Under the pieces are notes generated by a model, which saw nothing but the letters and a program-made list of their open reading frames with translations, ran no database searches and had not been told where the DNA came from. Made by a program: the position numbers and the translations under genes. A DNA stretch of 63,251 nucleotides, filler included, from Reclinomonas americana ATCC 50394 (taxonomy: Eukaryota): assembly GCA_048213135.1 (NCBI GenBank). It is 7 parts of 2 records of this genome, joined end to end, with 100 filler letters (N's around TTAATTAATTAA, not from the genome) between each part and the next. Parts side by side here need not be neighbours in the genome. Positions count along the whole stretch, not along the records: positions 1 to 21,615 come from PS015085.1; positions 21,716 to 26,796 come from PS015085.1; 5 more parts are not named here. One strand, 5' to 3'. This document shows, piece after piece, positions 9,156-22,439 of the stretch. Each line of letters starts with the position of its first letter. Within the stretch, counting starts at the first letter, position 1.

Positions 9156-11957
9156 CAAACAGACGGAGATGATAATCATTGTTAGGGAGCGAGAGAACAG
9201 AGAGGGAGAAAGGGTGAGAGAAAGAAAGACAACCTGGCAGACTGACAAACAGAAAGGGAGAGAGAGACCGATGAAAAAGGGAGGGAAAGAAGATAGTGAC
9301 GCTGAGGTGAGACAGTGAGGCTATGATGAACAGAGAGATGTCATTGTGAGGGAGCGAGAAAAATAGAGAGAGAAAGGGAGAGAGAAAGAAAGAGAGCAAA
9401 CAGACAGACTGACAGAAAGGGGGAGAGGGAGAGAGAGAAGAGAATGACAGAGAAAGATATCATTGCGTGAGAGAGGGAGAATGAAAGAGAGACAAACAAG
9501 GAGAGGTGGAGATGAGAGTGACGCTGAGCTACGACTAGCAACGAGATATCACTGTGAGGGAGCGAGACGCTGTTTATTGCTGACGCTGACTGTCATTGTG
9601 CTTTCCCGCAGACACTACGTGCGCCTGTCGCAGAAGAACTTTTCGATCGATTCCGGCTTTTATCCGCTGGGATCGTGCACCATGAAGTACAATCCGCGCC
9701 TGAACGAGTCGGTGGCGCGCTTGCCAGGGTTGAGTGCACTCCTCCACACCTTGAACACAACTTCTTGCCACTCACAATGTTTCCCCGCGCAGTGTCGCCG
9801 ACGTGCATCCACTGCAGCCGGAGAGCACCGTGCAGGGAGCACTGGCACGCTACCATTGTGTCTTCCTCCTCCTCCTCCTCCTCACCCCACTCTGACACTT
9901 TTCTTCTCCTTCTTCATCGTAGGCCGTGATGAGCGAGTTGAGCGAGTGGTTGTTGAAGCTGACGGGCATGCAGACGGTGGCATTGAGCCCGGCTGCTGGC
10001 GCGCACGGTGAGCTGTGCGGCATTATGGCCATTAATCAGGCTCTCCGCGAGACGGGTCAGGTGCATACATGCATGTATCTCTTCTGTGTTGCTCCAAAAA
10101 TGGCTCCGTGTGTCTCACTCCTTTCCATGCAGACCAAGCGCCGTGTGGTGCTGGTCCCCGAGGCCGCGCACGGCACCAACCCGGCCACGGCCGCCGCCTG
10201 TGGCTTCGAGGTGGCCTTTGTGCCGCAGAAGCCGGACGGACGAGTCGACCCGGCTGGACTGAAGGCGATTTTGAAGGAGAAGGGGTGCGTGATGGAGCGA
10301 GGGTGAAGAGCGTGTGACGTGCTCGTCCGCTGACGCGTCGTTGCGCAGAGACATTGTCGCCGCCGCCATGCTCACCAACCCGAACACTCATGGACTGTTT
10401 GAGCGCGACATTATCGAGATTGCCGACGCGTTGCACGCTGCCGGGTTTGTACTATTCCACTCCCGATCCCTCGCCGCTTTTCCCTCGTCGCACTCACACA
10501 CGCACATACCCTCCCCTGCAGTGCCTACTTCTACTGCGACGGTGCAAACTACAACGCCCTGCTCGGACGTGTCAAGGTCGCCGATCTCGGCATTGACTGC
10601 ATGCACATCAATCTGCACAAGACCTTCTCCACACCGCACGGTGGTGGTGGCCCCGGCAGCGGCCCTGTGGTGTTTGCTCCGCGTCTCGCGCCGTACGTCA
10701 CCCTGCCGTATGTGACGCGTGAGGTGGACAAGTCGAAGCCGAATGGCGAGGTGTTCCGACTGGTGGAGTCATACGAGGGCGCACGTGCGCAAGGCAACAA
10801 GCCGCTTGGCCACCTGCGCGCCTACCCCGGCCAGATGGGCATGTGGGTGCGTGCGTTGGCCTACGCCAAGGCGTACGGTGTCGACGGATTGCGCCAGGTC
10901 AGCGGTGACGCTGTGCTGAATGCCAACTACTTGCTGGCCAGGTTTGTGGCAAGGAAGGGCGGAGCAAGAGGAGCAAGAAGAGAATGAGCAGTGTGTGTGT
11001 GTGTGAGAGAGAGATAGAGAGAGACAAGCAAGAGAAGAATAAGAGGAGCGCAAGACGAGCAAGAGGGGAGAGAGAGAGAGAAACGAGCGAGACGCAGAAT
11101 GAGACAAGCAAGAGGAGAGCGAGACTTGCAAGAAGCAGAACTCGGCGTGTGAGACCAGAATGAGATGGAGAAGAGGAGAACGGAACAAGGAAGAGCAGAA
11201 TGAGATGAGGTGGAGCAGAATGAGACAAGCAAGAGGAGAGCGAGACTTGCGAGAAGCAGAACGAGCGAGCGAGACCAGCATGAGAAGAGCAAGAGGAGAG
11301 AGAGAGAGAGAGAGCGAAGAGGAAGAGGGTAGAACGAGACGAGTGAGAAACAGATCAAGACGAGCAAGAGCAACGCACGGACCGCCACAGAGTTGCTGAT
11401 CCATCGTTGTCTTGCGATGTGTGCAGCCTGAAGGACACTCTGTCGGTGCCTTTCGGTATTGAGCGATGCATGCACGAGGCTCTGTTCAACGACAACTTTT
11501 TGGCGGGCACCAAGATCTCGACTCTCGATTTTGCCAAGGCCATGATTGATCGCGGTGCGTATGTACACAGATTCTTGTGTCCCTCTATTTGTCGATCTCC
11601 ACTCACTTCAGTGGCGTGCAGGATTCCACCCGCCAACCATGTACTGGCCGCTGACTGTGCGCGGTGCGCTGCTGATGGAGCCCACCGAGACTGAGAGCAA
11701 GCGCACTCTGGACGGCTACGTGGCAACGTTGAAGGAGCTGGTCGAGCGGGCGCGCAAGGGCGATGTGGAGTACTTTAAGGAGGTGCGTGAAGTGTGTTGT
11801 GAGAACAAAAAGGGCAAGAAAGAGTGCCTTGCAATCTCACTTGTTTCCCTTCTCCACCCACCAGGCCCCTCACGTGGCTCCCATTCGGAGGGCCGACGAA
11901 GTGCTGGCCGCCAAGAAGCCTCGCTTGCGCTGGAACCCGCCGACCGCGTCGGCATAA
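6991..11957 (+). CDS. gcvPB: Glycine dehydrogenase (decarboxylating) subunit 2 (glycine cleavage P protein beta/P2 chain), with mitochondrial-type presequence, 11 exons
   Basis: Phase-consistent exons 6991-7007, 7179-7321, 8896-9028, 9612-9728, 9793-9844, 9923-10060, 10133-10284, 10349-10444, 10522-10941, 11427-11554, then 11622-11782 and 11865-11957 (12 coding segments if the 17-nt first exon is counted). Motifs: [60 protein letters not shown]-lysine [31 protein letters not shown]. Confidence 0.95.
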
Positions 11958-12082
11958 TCTCACCCCCGCTGCATCCCACCCCAACGATGCCTCCGCGTTC
12001 ATCTGCCGCGCCGCATGAATGGCGGGCGTGTGTATGTGTGTGTTTTTTCTTTATAAACCAACCAAAACAAAACAAGCAGCCA

Positions 12083-13169
12083 TTATTCTGCCTCTAGCCG
12101 CGCCAGCACCTCTCGCAGCATGCTGGCCTCCTCCTCGCGATCCGCCAGCGAGCGAACCGGTCGACTGTGCTCCACTTGTTGCTCCTCGCGATTGGCCTTC
12201 CACATTTCCCTCCACCTGCAGAGCATGCATGATGAGCAGCAGCAGAAGGAAAGAGAGTGCAGGAAGAGAGACTCCCACAAACTCTGTGTCACTCTGTGGA
12301 TGGAGAGGAGCGAGAAGGGTGAAGTAATATGTGACTCAAGGGCTGTGGAGGAACAGAGAGCAAAGGGAGACTGCGGAGGACTGGGGAGCTCGAGCAGGGG
12401 TGAGACTACTCTCGGAGACTGGGTATCGAAAGGGCTGTGAGACAACTTCGTGAAATGCACGAAGAGTAGGATTCAAGACTGAGATTCGGAGAGAGGAAAC
12501 AACTGGCAGAGGCTTGAGGAGAAACTCACGAACTTGGGAGGGACACACAAGTTCCCGATTACCTCTGCACCCTCCGAGACTCTCATTCTCGTCTTCACCG
12601 GCGCCCTTCGTTCTCTAATCAATTCTCTGCTGTCCCTGATTCACGAGTTGTCTCATTTCTCTGTCTCTTTCTTTCTTCCCTCCCTCCCTTCTCTCCTCCC
12701 TCCTTTCTCCCTCCCTCCCTCCTTTCCCCTTGCCTCCCTCCCTCTCCCCCCTTCCGCCCTTCACCAACCACTCCGTTCCCTCCAAATCCCCTGGCACCCT
12801 CGGAATAATATGCACATGCAGGTGACGAATGCTCTGCCCACTGGCCTCCCCCTCCTGCAACAGCACATCATGACTGTCACAGTGGAAGGCACTGTGCAGT
12901 GCCGCAGTCACGCGATCAATCAGTGAGAGGAACTCGAGGCGCACAGAGGCATCGCGCAGGTGAGAGATGCGCTCAATGTGGTCCTTGGCGCATACCTGAT
13001 GAGGGGGAGTGAGTGAGTGAGTGAGTGTCTTTGACAGTGTTTTCACTCTCTCACTGACCAAGACGTGACCGGGAAGGATCGGCCGCAGGTTGCACAGAGC
13101 ATAGAAGTGCTCGGTCTCAACAAAGCGCCCCTCAGAGGACTTGCGCTCGTCGCAGAACGGGCATGACAT
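12083..13169 (-). CDS. HIT-family hydrolase (FHIT/Ap3A hydrolase-like), 3 exons
   Basis: CPFC N-terminus, [29 protein letters not shown] (HxHxH triad). Last exon [17 protein letters not shown] resembles the FHIT C-terminus; phase-2 intron at about 12216-12768. Confidence 0.88.
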
Positions 13170-13562
13170 TTGACAAGTATGACAAGGGACAGCTGTCAGT
13201 GTTGCCTGTCGTGAAGTCGTGAGAAGCTGCCTTGCAACAGGGAGTCTTTCGCCATGCGATAGTCAACTGTTGAAGTTTGCAGTCATTTTGTTTGTGTTCT
13301 CCTTCACACACCACCAAACTAGCGACAGCTGCCTTCCAGAACATCAACTCAAACACCAGTCTCAAGGGCAGCAGTACGTTTCTTTGTGTGTTCGTTGCCG
13401 AAGCTTCGAACAACTCAGAACTGCGATCTTCACCACATAAAGGGTGGCTTTCCAACTAATCCACAAGGGTACACTGCACACGTGCGCGACGCATCACCAA
13501 CAACATCGACGCTCTATAAAAAAAACAAAACCTTCTCTCCATCCGCTCGCTACTAAAGTATT

Positions 13563-14880
13563 TTAAAATCGGCTGCGCACCCGACCCATGCCCGACGGCA
13601 ACTCATCCATGCGTCTGCGTGTATCATATCATCGTTAGTCACCTCACCGAGCACAAGTGGACCAAAAACAAAGACGCAACGGCATCAGCATGCCCCCACT
13701 TGGCGAGTTCGGTGCCAACGAAGCGCCGGACATCAAGCCGAAACCACCCGGTCCGCCGCCGGATTGAGGCGCGTTCGCCAGTCCAAAGCCCATCTGCTGC
13801 TGCTGCAATTGCTGCTGCATCAATGGCGAGGGATAGGCCAGCGGTGCATACTCGTTGAACGACTGTGGTTGTGGTGGCGGCGGCTGGCCCGAAGGCGAGG
13901 CTGTGATGAAAGCAAACAAACAAGTCAGCAACAATCTCTCTCTCCCGTCAATCTACTTTCCCCTCTCAACACACCATAAACAGATCCGACAGCGTATGGA
14001 TTCGCCGACGGCGTGGGATAGTAAGAAGCACCTCCACCGCCTCCACCTCCGACTGGCGGCAAACCAGGTGGCGGGTAGGCCGGTGACGAGTACAGATACC
14101 CGGAGCCAGCGCCATACGGCGCATAACCAGGTCCGCCACCGCCATACCACGGCAACCCAGGAGCCTGCGGGCGAATGCCACCGAGGCCCTCCAGCGAGCC
14201 GTACCCGCCCGATGTGGGATAGTACAGGCCACTCTGCGTTGCGCGATGAGTGGTCATTTCTCCCGCAGGAAGTGTTCGAGTGAACGCAACTCGTGCCGTG
14301 CTGCGCTTCGCCTTGGCGGTGCCGTAGAGCTTGAGGACCTTTTTCATGCGCCTGCTCTCCTCGGCTGAATGGGGAAAGGGGGATGAGAAAAAAGGAAGAA
14401 TACTGGCAAGGCGAATGGCACACTCAACAGTCTTCGATCATGTCGCCGTAGTACGCACTCGGAGCGAATTCACCCGAGTATCGACGTGGGCCTGCACCAA
14501 GTCGCGAAAAAGTGAGTGACAGGATCGTCAGACGACCCTTGATGCACTTCAATGCACTCACTTCGAGTATTGTGCACTTGACTTCTTACGGCCCCTACCT
14601 TCGGTGCACTCACTTCTCTCTCTTTTCAACGAAACTCACTTCTGTTCCAGTCCTCGATGTTCCTCACTCTCGATCAATCTGTCCCTAAGTGCACACGATT
14701 CTAACATGCTTGTCTCATTCAACATCACTTGCTCACTCACTTGACATCTCCACGTTCCTCCCATCCGAACTCACTCACCAGTCTCTCCCAGTCTCTTTCG
14801 GTCATTCTCAGTCTCTCACACACTCTCACCTCAGTCTCTCTCTCCTAATATCTCTCTCACACACATTTTCTTCTCATTCA

Positions 14881-14911
<31 letters not shown>

Positions 14912-15885
14912 TCCATTCGCTTGCCTCATACACACAGTTCTTCCACCTTTCAGAACGCTCACTTGACTCCTGACTTCAATCCTTCTCGACCAGTACAACA
15001 CTAAAAGATTGCTGAATCCGGTCTTCTCTCTCCCCTCTCACTGCTCATTCCCTTCTCCTCCCTCTCACTCTCTCCCTTCTCACCCTCCTCTAACCGTTCT
15101 TTCCCTGCTCCTCCCTCTCACTCTCTCTCTCTCCCATCTCTCCTTCACCTTCCCCCCTTCTCCTCTCCCCACTTCCCTTCCCCTTTCTCCTCCCTCTCAC
15201 TCTCTCCCTTCTCACCCTCCTCTCGCCGTTCTTTCCTTATCCTCCCTCTCCCTTCTCTCCTTCACCTTCTCGCTTCTCCTCCACCTCCCTTCCCCCTTTC
15301 TCCCCCCTCCCGCTCACCATGCTCATCACTCAACGCCAGTGCACCCATGGACGCCCCCAGCCCGAACCCACCACCATCCGTCAGCTGCTGCTGCGCTCCA
15401 CCACTGCTCGCGCCCGAGTTGGCCAACCCAAACCCGCCGCCGGCTCCACTGCCACTACCTGCCGCTCCACCCAGATCGCCCGAGGAACTCATGAACGGCA
15501 TCGGCGGCAGGTGCAGCGCTTGTGACGCCGCCGTAGATGGCGCCACTGCAACCTCACTCTCCGTCGCCAGGCTGATGAGTGCCGCCAGTCGCTCCGTGGC
15601 ACCGCCGTCGTCGTTGTGCACCACGTGGTCGACCAGCTCGCTCAACACCTCACTCGGTGATCCTGTGCATTTTCATCAGCACACACGCACACACACGTCG
15701 CACTCTTTCTGAGCAATTCGCCACGCAACTGGTCGACACGCTGCGAATGACAGCACGGTAGACCTCCTGCGAGATGCGCTCGCCATAGTCGCGCTTGATG
15801 CGCGCCACGGTGTGCTGCAAGTCCACGGAGATATCGGCCAGGCGCAGTCGCAAAATGGCCACAATCTCCCGCTGAATGCGCTGCT

Positions 15886-15928
<43 letters not shown>

Positions 15929-18900
15929 ATGTGAGCGAGCTGCGACATACACACAATCTCTCACTCACTCAGCACACGCACCTCCAGCGGTGGCGATCGC
16001 TGCGCCTTGTACAGGACCAGAGCACGTTCACGGTACTCGGCCGACTTGTGTGGTTGATTGGCCTGCTCGGCAATCTGCGCCAGCTGCAGCAAGCTGTCGA
16101 GCGACGCTTGCTTCCGATTGGCACCCTCGCGAATCGACAGCGCCCGCACCGCATTGGTCTCCGCACGAGCAATGTCGCCCTTCTGTCGCAGCGCTTCGGC
16201 CAACCCAAACAACGTGTCCGACACGCGCAGACGCGACACCGACGCACGCAGGTCGCGCGCGCGCTGACTGTCCCGCGCCGACTTGTCGCCAAACATGACC
16301 AACCACTGCGCAGGCGAGAAGCCAACTGCCGACTGCTCCTCCTGTCCCACTCCCAGTGTGGCATCCAGCGACGACGGACCATGCACCACAATGTCGGAGA
16401 GACGAACAGAGGAGTACTTTTCCGCACCTGTTTCATGACGCAGATCCGTGTGAGAAAGACGCCACACGCAAAAGACAATCAACGCTGTGCTCTTCCGCAA
16501 CGTCGTTCCAAGTCAGCCTCCACCTCCAGATCCTCGCCCGTCTGCTGCACAGCAGTGCGGATCGACAGCGATTTTTCAAAGTGTTCTGCGCCACACGAGA
16601 AGCAAACGGTGAGTCATCCCGGGTAGCATGTACTTCCATTTCCGAGTCACAAACGCACCCTGCGCCGCCTCCGGTTGACGCAGCCGCAGTGCGCACTCGC
16701 CCAGCAAGTCGTACACAGTTGCCGTCACACGGTGGGTGTCACCCAACGCCAGTTTGCACACATGCAGCGCCTTGAGCAGGTATTTTTGCGCCTCGGCGGC
16801 GTTGTCTGCTTGCAAGTATCTGTGTGTGTCGCACCACAACTCAGTGAGTGGCTCAGTTAGCTGGGGCTCTGGCCACCGGCATGGTACACGCAACATTCTT
16901 GCCACCTCCAAGTGCATGTCGGCGAGAAGCGGATGGGAGGGACCAAACACGAATTGAGCAATCTCCTCCGCATGCCCAATGCACTGCGACGCCGGACCCT
17001 GATTGCCGACGGCGCGGTAGCTCCTGAACAGACTGAGATAGACGTCAGCGGCCTCGGAGCTCATTCTACAATCACCAAGCACACAAGTGTCAGCAGTGGC
17101 ATAAGTAAAAGGATGCATAGAGGAGACGCAACGCCAAGTGCCGCCGTTGTGCCACACCCAGTGCCGTAATCGCATACATGTAGCATTGATCCCAGTCGTG
17201 GCGAATGGCGTGAATGCAAGACAGATCTGCATGAACAAGAGCAGGATAAGCACCTTGCATCTCCCTCCATTCCTTTTCTCCTTGTTGCACGATTCATCCG
17301 CAAATCCGCTGAGAAATCACTGCCATGAATCTTTCTTTCTCTGCCTCTCTTTCTCTCTCTCACACACACATGCACACACGTGCACACAGCACACACAATC
17401 TCAGTCCAGCGTCGTAACCTTCTTTCCTGCAATAGTTCTTTTCGATGCCGATTTCTTCTGTCTCCAATCGATTCTCTCCTCCTCGCATCCCTCTCTTTGT
17501 CTTTCTCTCTCTCTCTCTCACACACACACACATACACACACACACACACATGCACACAGCACACACAATCTCAGTCCAGCGTCGTAACCTTCTTTCCTGC
17601 AATAGTTCCTTTCGATGCCCATTTCTTCTGTCTCCAATCGTTTCTCTCCTCCTCGCATCCCTCTCTTTCTCTCTCACACACACGCACATGCATACACAAT
17701 CTCAGTCCAGAGTCGTAACCTTCAACCCTGCAATACTTCCCCGCTTCCCACTTCTTCATATCTCATCTCGACTCCCTCTTCCTCACATCCCTCTCTTTCT
17801 CTCTCTCACACACGCACGCACATGCTGCGTCATTACCTTCTTTCCTGCAATAATTTCCCCGCTTCCCATTTCTTCACAGCTAATCTCGACTTCCTCTCAC
17901 TTACATTCTCCCTCTTTCTCTCTCTCACTGCGTTTTTCTCTCTCCCCGCCTCTCTCTTTGTGCGTGTGAGTGTGTGTCTGTCTGCCTGTCTCTATCCACT
18001 CTCGAATTTCGTATTCCGTGTACCTTTCTCTCTACATTCACCCTTCCCATGCCACCCTTCTCCTCACCACAACACTTCTTCTCTCCCTACGTTCTCCCTT
18101 TTCTTCTCCCCCTTCGTTCTCCCTTTTCTTCTCCCACTCCCTCTCCTTTCAGTCTTCCTCTCCCATATTCCCTTCTCCTTTCACTCTTCTCCTTCTGTCC
18201 CTTCACCTTCACCCCCTTTCCCTTCTCCCCCTTCTCCCCCTTCCCCTTCTCTCCCTTCCCCTTCTCCCCCCTTCCCCTTCACCCCCAAACCATTAAACAT
18301 GTACATGCCAACACGATTGTCGATGCCCTCCAGGAAATTCGTGAGCTGCAAGCGCACGTTCATCACACGCGAGGCGATCTCGTATTCGCCCTTCGCCAAC
18401 ATCTCGTCCAGCTTCTGCTGCAGCTGGCTGACGGCGAGGCCATCGGAAAACGTGTGTCGCGTGCGAGGCACAAAGCGCAAAAAGTCGGTGTTGGCAATCG
18501 GGCGCGCAGTGCCGGAGAAATCGTAGCGCTCTGCCACACGGAACACCACACCGCACTGTGGTCGGCAAAGCAGGGGAGGAGAGTGAGCCGTACGATAAAA
18601 CCAGAGAGAGAGAGAGACAGAGAGCAGCAGCTTGCTTAACGCAACATGTTGCTGCATGCTGACAAAGAGAGCGGCCTTGTGTGCAGGCTGCTCGACGAGT
18701 TCGTGTGCAAAGCGCAGTTGGACCTCTTGCTTGAGCACCGTGTTCCAGAACTGAATGTGCACACATATCGTCAGCGCATCGCAAAACAAGGGCACAATTG
18801 CACACAGCGCAACATTCGTCGACTCGTCACTCTGGCCCAACACCAAATTGAAAAAGTCCACGGCCTGCGACTGGAACTCGTCGCGCTTCTGCTCACTGTC

Positions 18901-21900
18901 GGACGGGAAAAGTGGCTCCGCGTAGTAACTCAGCTGCGAGGAGTGTAAGCAGGCGTCGACACCGCACGCGTGGCTATATCTCTTGCGGTCGCACGCAACA
19001 TAAGCATTGCGGCTGCGTTTCTTCTCCTGCGCCTCGCGCAACACGCGTCCAAAGATGCGCTTGCAGGTGCGCGCACACATTTCCACCACGCACAGCTCGC
19101 GAATGTGAGGCAGTCGTGTGCGCTCAGCAATCACTCCGAGATAGCGCATATTGATGCCGCTCTTGTGCATGCACTTGGCCAGCTGCGCTCCATGGTACGG
19201 CTTGATCCGCATGCCGTCCAACAGCTCCACAAACGCCGGGATTACCTGTCGCCCATTTCGTGAGCAAAATACTCACACACTCACCCCAAGCACCACGCAC
19301 ACACATACCTTGGTCTGCAGCTCGGCGCACGCCTGCGAAATCTCAAACGCATTGACCTCTGCGTCACTGACTCCCGGCATGTCGCGGAATCCGTCCGAGC
19401 TCAACGGTGCGCGATACTGGCGCAGGAACTCACGACGCAGACGATAAAACTGGCGCTCCTCTCGCAGCTCCGGTGCCGCACTGACGTCGACTGGCAACGT
19501 GCGCTGCAGGCCGGTCAAATAGTACCGTCCGTCGGCACCATGATGGCCCTCGGCATCCTGCGATGTGAAGATCTTGACCGGCCGCTCCCGCTCCCAGCAC
19601 ACAAAGTCTGCAATCACAACGAGATCAGTTATTTTGCTTCTCTGCTCGATTGCGTGCAGCACTCACGTTCTTTGACATTCATGGTCGTTGCACACTCGCG
19701 AATGAGACGCAAAAAGTCCTCTTCGCGGCGCACTCTGGGTGCATCCGCTCCGTAGATGAGCGTGCTGTCTGGATCGACGGGCAACTCGGCCGTGGCCTCC
19801 ACGCGGAAGCCCTTGAAATCAATGGACGTGCGCAGAGGGAAGCACAGCGCCGACGGAGCCACCTCGAGGTAGTACCGCACCGCTTCCATTTCGTGACCGA
19901 CAAAACGCATCTCTGCTTCGTCGCCATCAATGGCCGAAAACTCGTGTGTCACTGTACGGAAGTAGATTAGCCCCTGCATCGTAGATGGCTGGCATGGGAG
20001 ACGCGACGCAACGCGAGTCGGCGTGGCAGATGCGATACACCACATTGTCGACGGCGAAAATGTCGTCGCGCGGAGTCATGTACAGCGAGTACTCACTGAT
20101 GTTGGTCACCGGCTTGATCAACTTGTCGGCCGTCGGCTTGGTGTATTCGTTGATGATGAGTCGCGCAATGTGCCTGTCGATAGCGAAAGTCAAAGCGTGT
20201 GAGTGCGTTGTAAAATACGGCTTCTGGGGAGATGCCGCAGCAACGCAACTCGGTACGCCGAGCAAATTGCCCTAGCAAGTCGGCGACGGCCAGACCCTTG
20301 GCGATGCGGTCATTCACCTGCTCCTCTGGCTGTTGCATGCGATGCTGGTAGACTGCATTCCAGTCTGCACCGAATGGTGAAGTGTGAGGGACAAGGAGAG
20401 ACAGAATAGATGCACAATCCACGTACCAAAGTTGGTGTCCAAGTTCGGGATGGTGGCCGCCATTTGATCGAGATAGTCGTCGTCCACGGTCGAGGCCCTG
20501 GCGCAACGCAAAGCTTCAGTCAGCGAATGAGTTGGAATCACGAAGAGGAACGAGTTCACGCAACGAAAGCTCGGCTGGCGTCAGCGCCGACGGCGCAAAG
20601 TTGGTCAGATGGTTGGCGTTGAGCAGCTCGCCATGCTCAAATGTCGATCGCACTTGCACGGTGCGCTTCTTGAGACTGGTCAGCCAGTCGTCGAGCTGAC
20701 GCGGATCCTGGAAGGCCAGCCACGTGGTCTGCGTATCGCGCGCACTGTGAGTCTTATTGTCGAGGGAAGGGGCTGCTGAAGGCGACATCACCTTGCGACC
20801 GCCACTGGTGGTGATGCGAATGACAAACGGACGCTGCTTGAATTTGCTGCTCGGTCCCTGCGTAATGTCGGCACCCAGGAGCTGGAGAGCCTTGGCGCGA
20901 CCTGCCTGCGCCAGACTCTTGGCCACAAACAGAGTTGCGCCTTCCACGCTGTGCGTGGGAGAGAGAAGGAAATATCAGCACCAACTGTCGAGAGGTGATC
21001 CATGAAGTGTAGGAAAAGGACGAACCGGACGTAGCGCCGGTGCCACGAGGCAAACATGCCCGGCGAGTACTTTTCCAGCTCAGCCTCCAGCACACCGAGC
21101 GTCGGATCCACCACCGGCACCAGACTGTGAGAGAAATGAGCACAATTCAGCGTGCGCTAATGGACAGTGATGACGCAACCCCAGATCCGATGGCCCCTGC
21201 GCGCCATCGCCACCAACGGCCGTCGCCAGCGTGACATCGTCATCGCCTCCACGACCCGGCACCATTCCCGTGGCGGTCGAATCGGGAGCGGTCGCTGCAT
21301 GCGCGGTAGCGGCGGCTGGATCCGGGATCGTTGAAGCACCAAACTGTGGGGGCGAATCGGTAAGAAGGGAGGCAATAGACGAAAGAGAGAGAGAGAGAGA
21401 GAGGGAGAATGCGACGGAACTACGCCACGCGGTGTCGCCTCAGCGTGCTGCGGAGTGGACGGTCCAACTTCAGTGCCGACGCGCGACACGGCCGGACTGC
21501 TGGGCATGTCGGCGGAGCGCGACAGTGGACCAGCGTACATGGCCGACGCGGCAGCCGCAGCCGCCAGATCGGCATGGCTCGGCAGCGGTGCCATGCCCGC
21601 AAACGAACCAGCGGGNNNNNNNNNNNNNNNNNNNNNNNNNNNNNNNNNNNNNNNNNNNNTTAATTAATTAANNNNNNNNNNNNNNNNNNNNNNNNNNNNN
21701 NNNNNNNNNNNNNNNCGCAGCAGGTGCCGCCGGTGAAGCCGAGGACGCCGCCGGTGGCTGCTGGTACGAGACGAGCGGCGCCGACGGTGACTCGGGGGCG
21801 GCCATTACCGGCTGCGGTGGTGCCAGCGGCTGACTATATTGAGGAGTCGAGGACCACTGCTGCTGCTGCGGCGGCGGCTGCGGTTGAGTAGGAGGACGAG

Positions 21901-22192
21901 GTGGCTGCGGTTGCTGACCAGGAGGTGGAGCTGCAAACGGCGCCTGCGAGTAGCCAGTGGCGGTGGTCACCACCACGGGCGCCATGGTGCCCGGGGGCGG
22001 TGGGGGAGCAGCCGATGCTGGAGTCTACGAAAAGAAAAGTGAGGGCGCGATTAACGTGGAAGGCAGTGAGCGGAGCAGGTGACGCACATGCCAGCCGCGC
22101 ACTTCACTCGATCGAGCGCTCGGTGGCGACGACGATGCCGCTGACGAGGGAGCGCTCGGCTGTGCACGAGCATACGGGTCGGGGGTGTAATA

Positions 22193-22231
<39 letters not shown>

Positions 22232-22394
22232 TTGCTGCTGTTGTTGCGCCGCCGCTGCTGCCGCATCTTGCTGAGCCATTTGCTGCAGGAGCTCCACACG
22301 CTGATTCCACGCCTCGCGTTGCTCCAGCGTCCATGTGGCTGGCGGGGTGGGTGAGGTGAGCGGGAAGGGGGGAATAGGGGGGGAGAGGAGTGTG

Positions 22395-22439
<45 letters not shown>

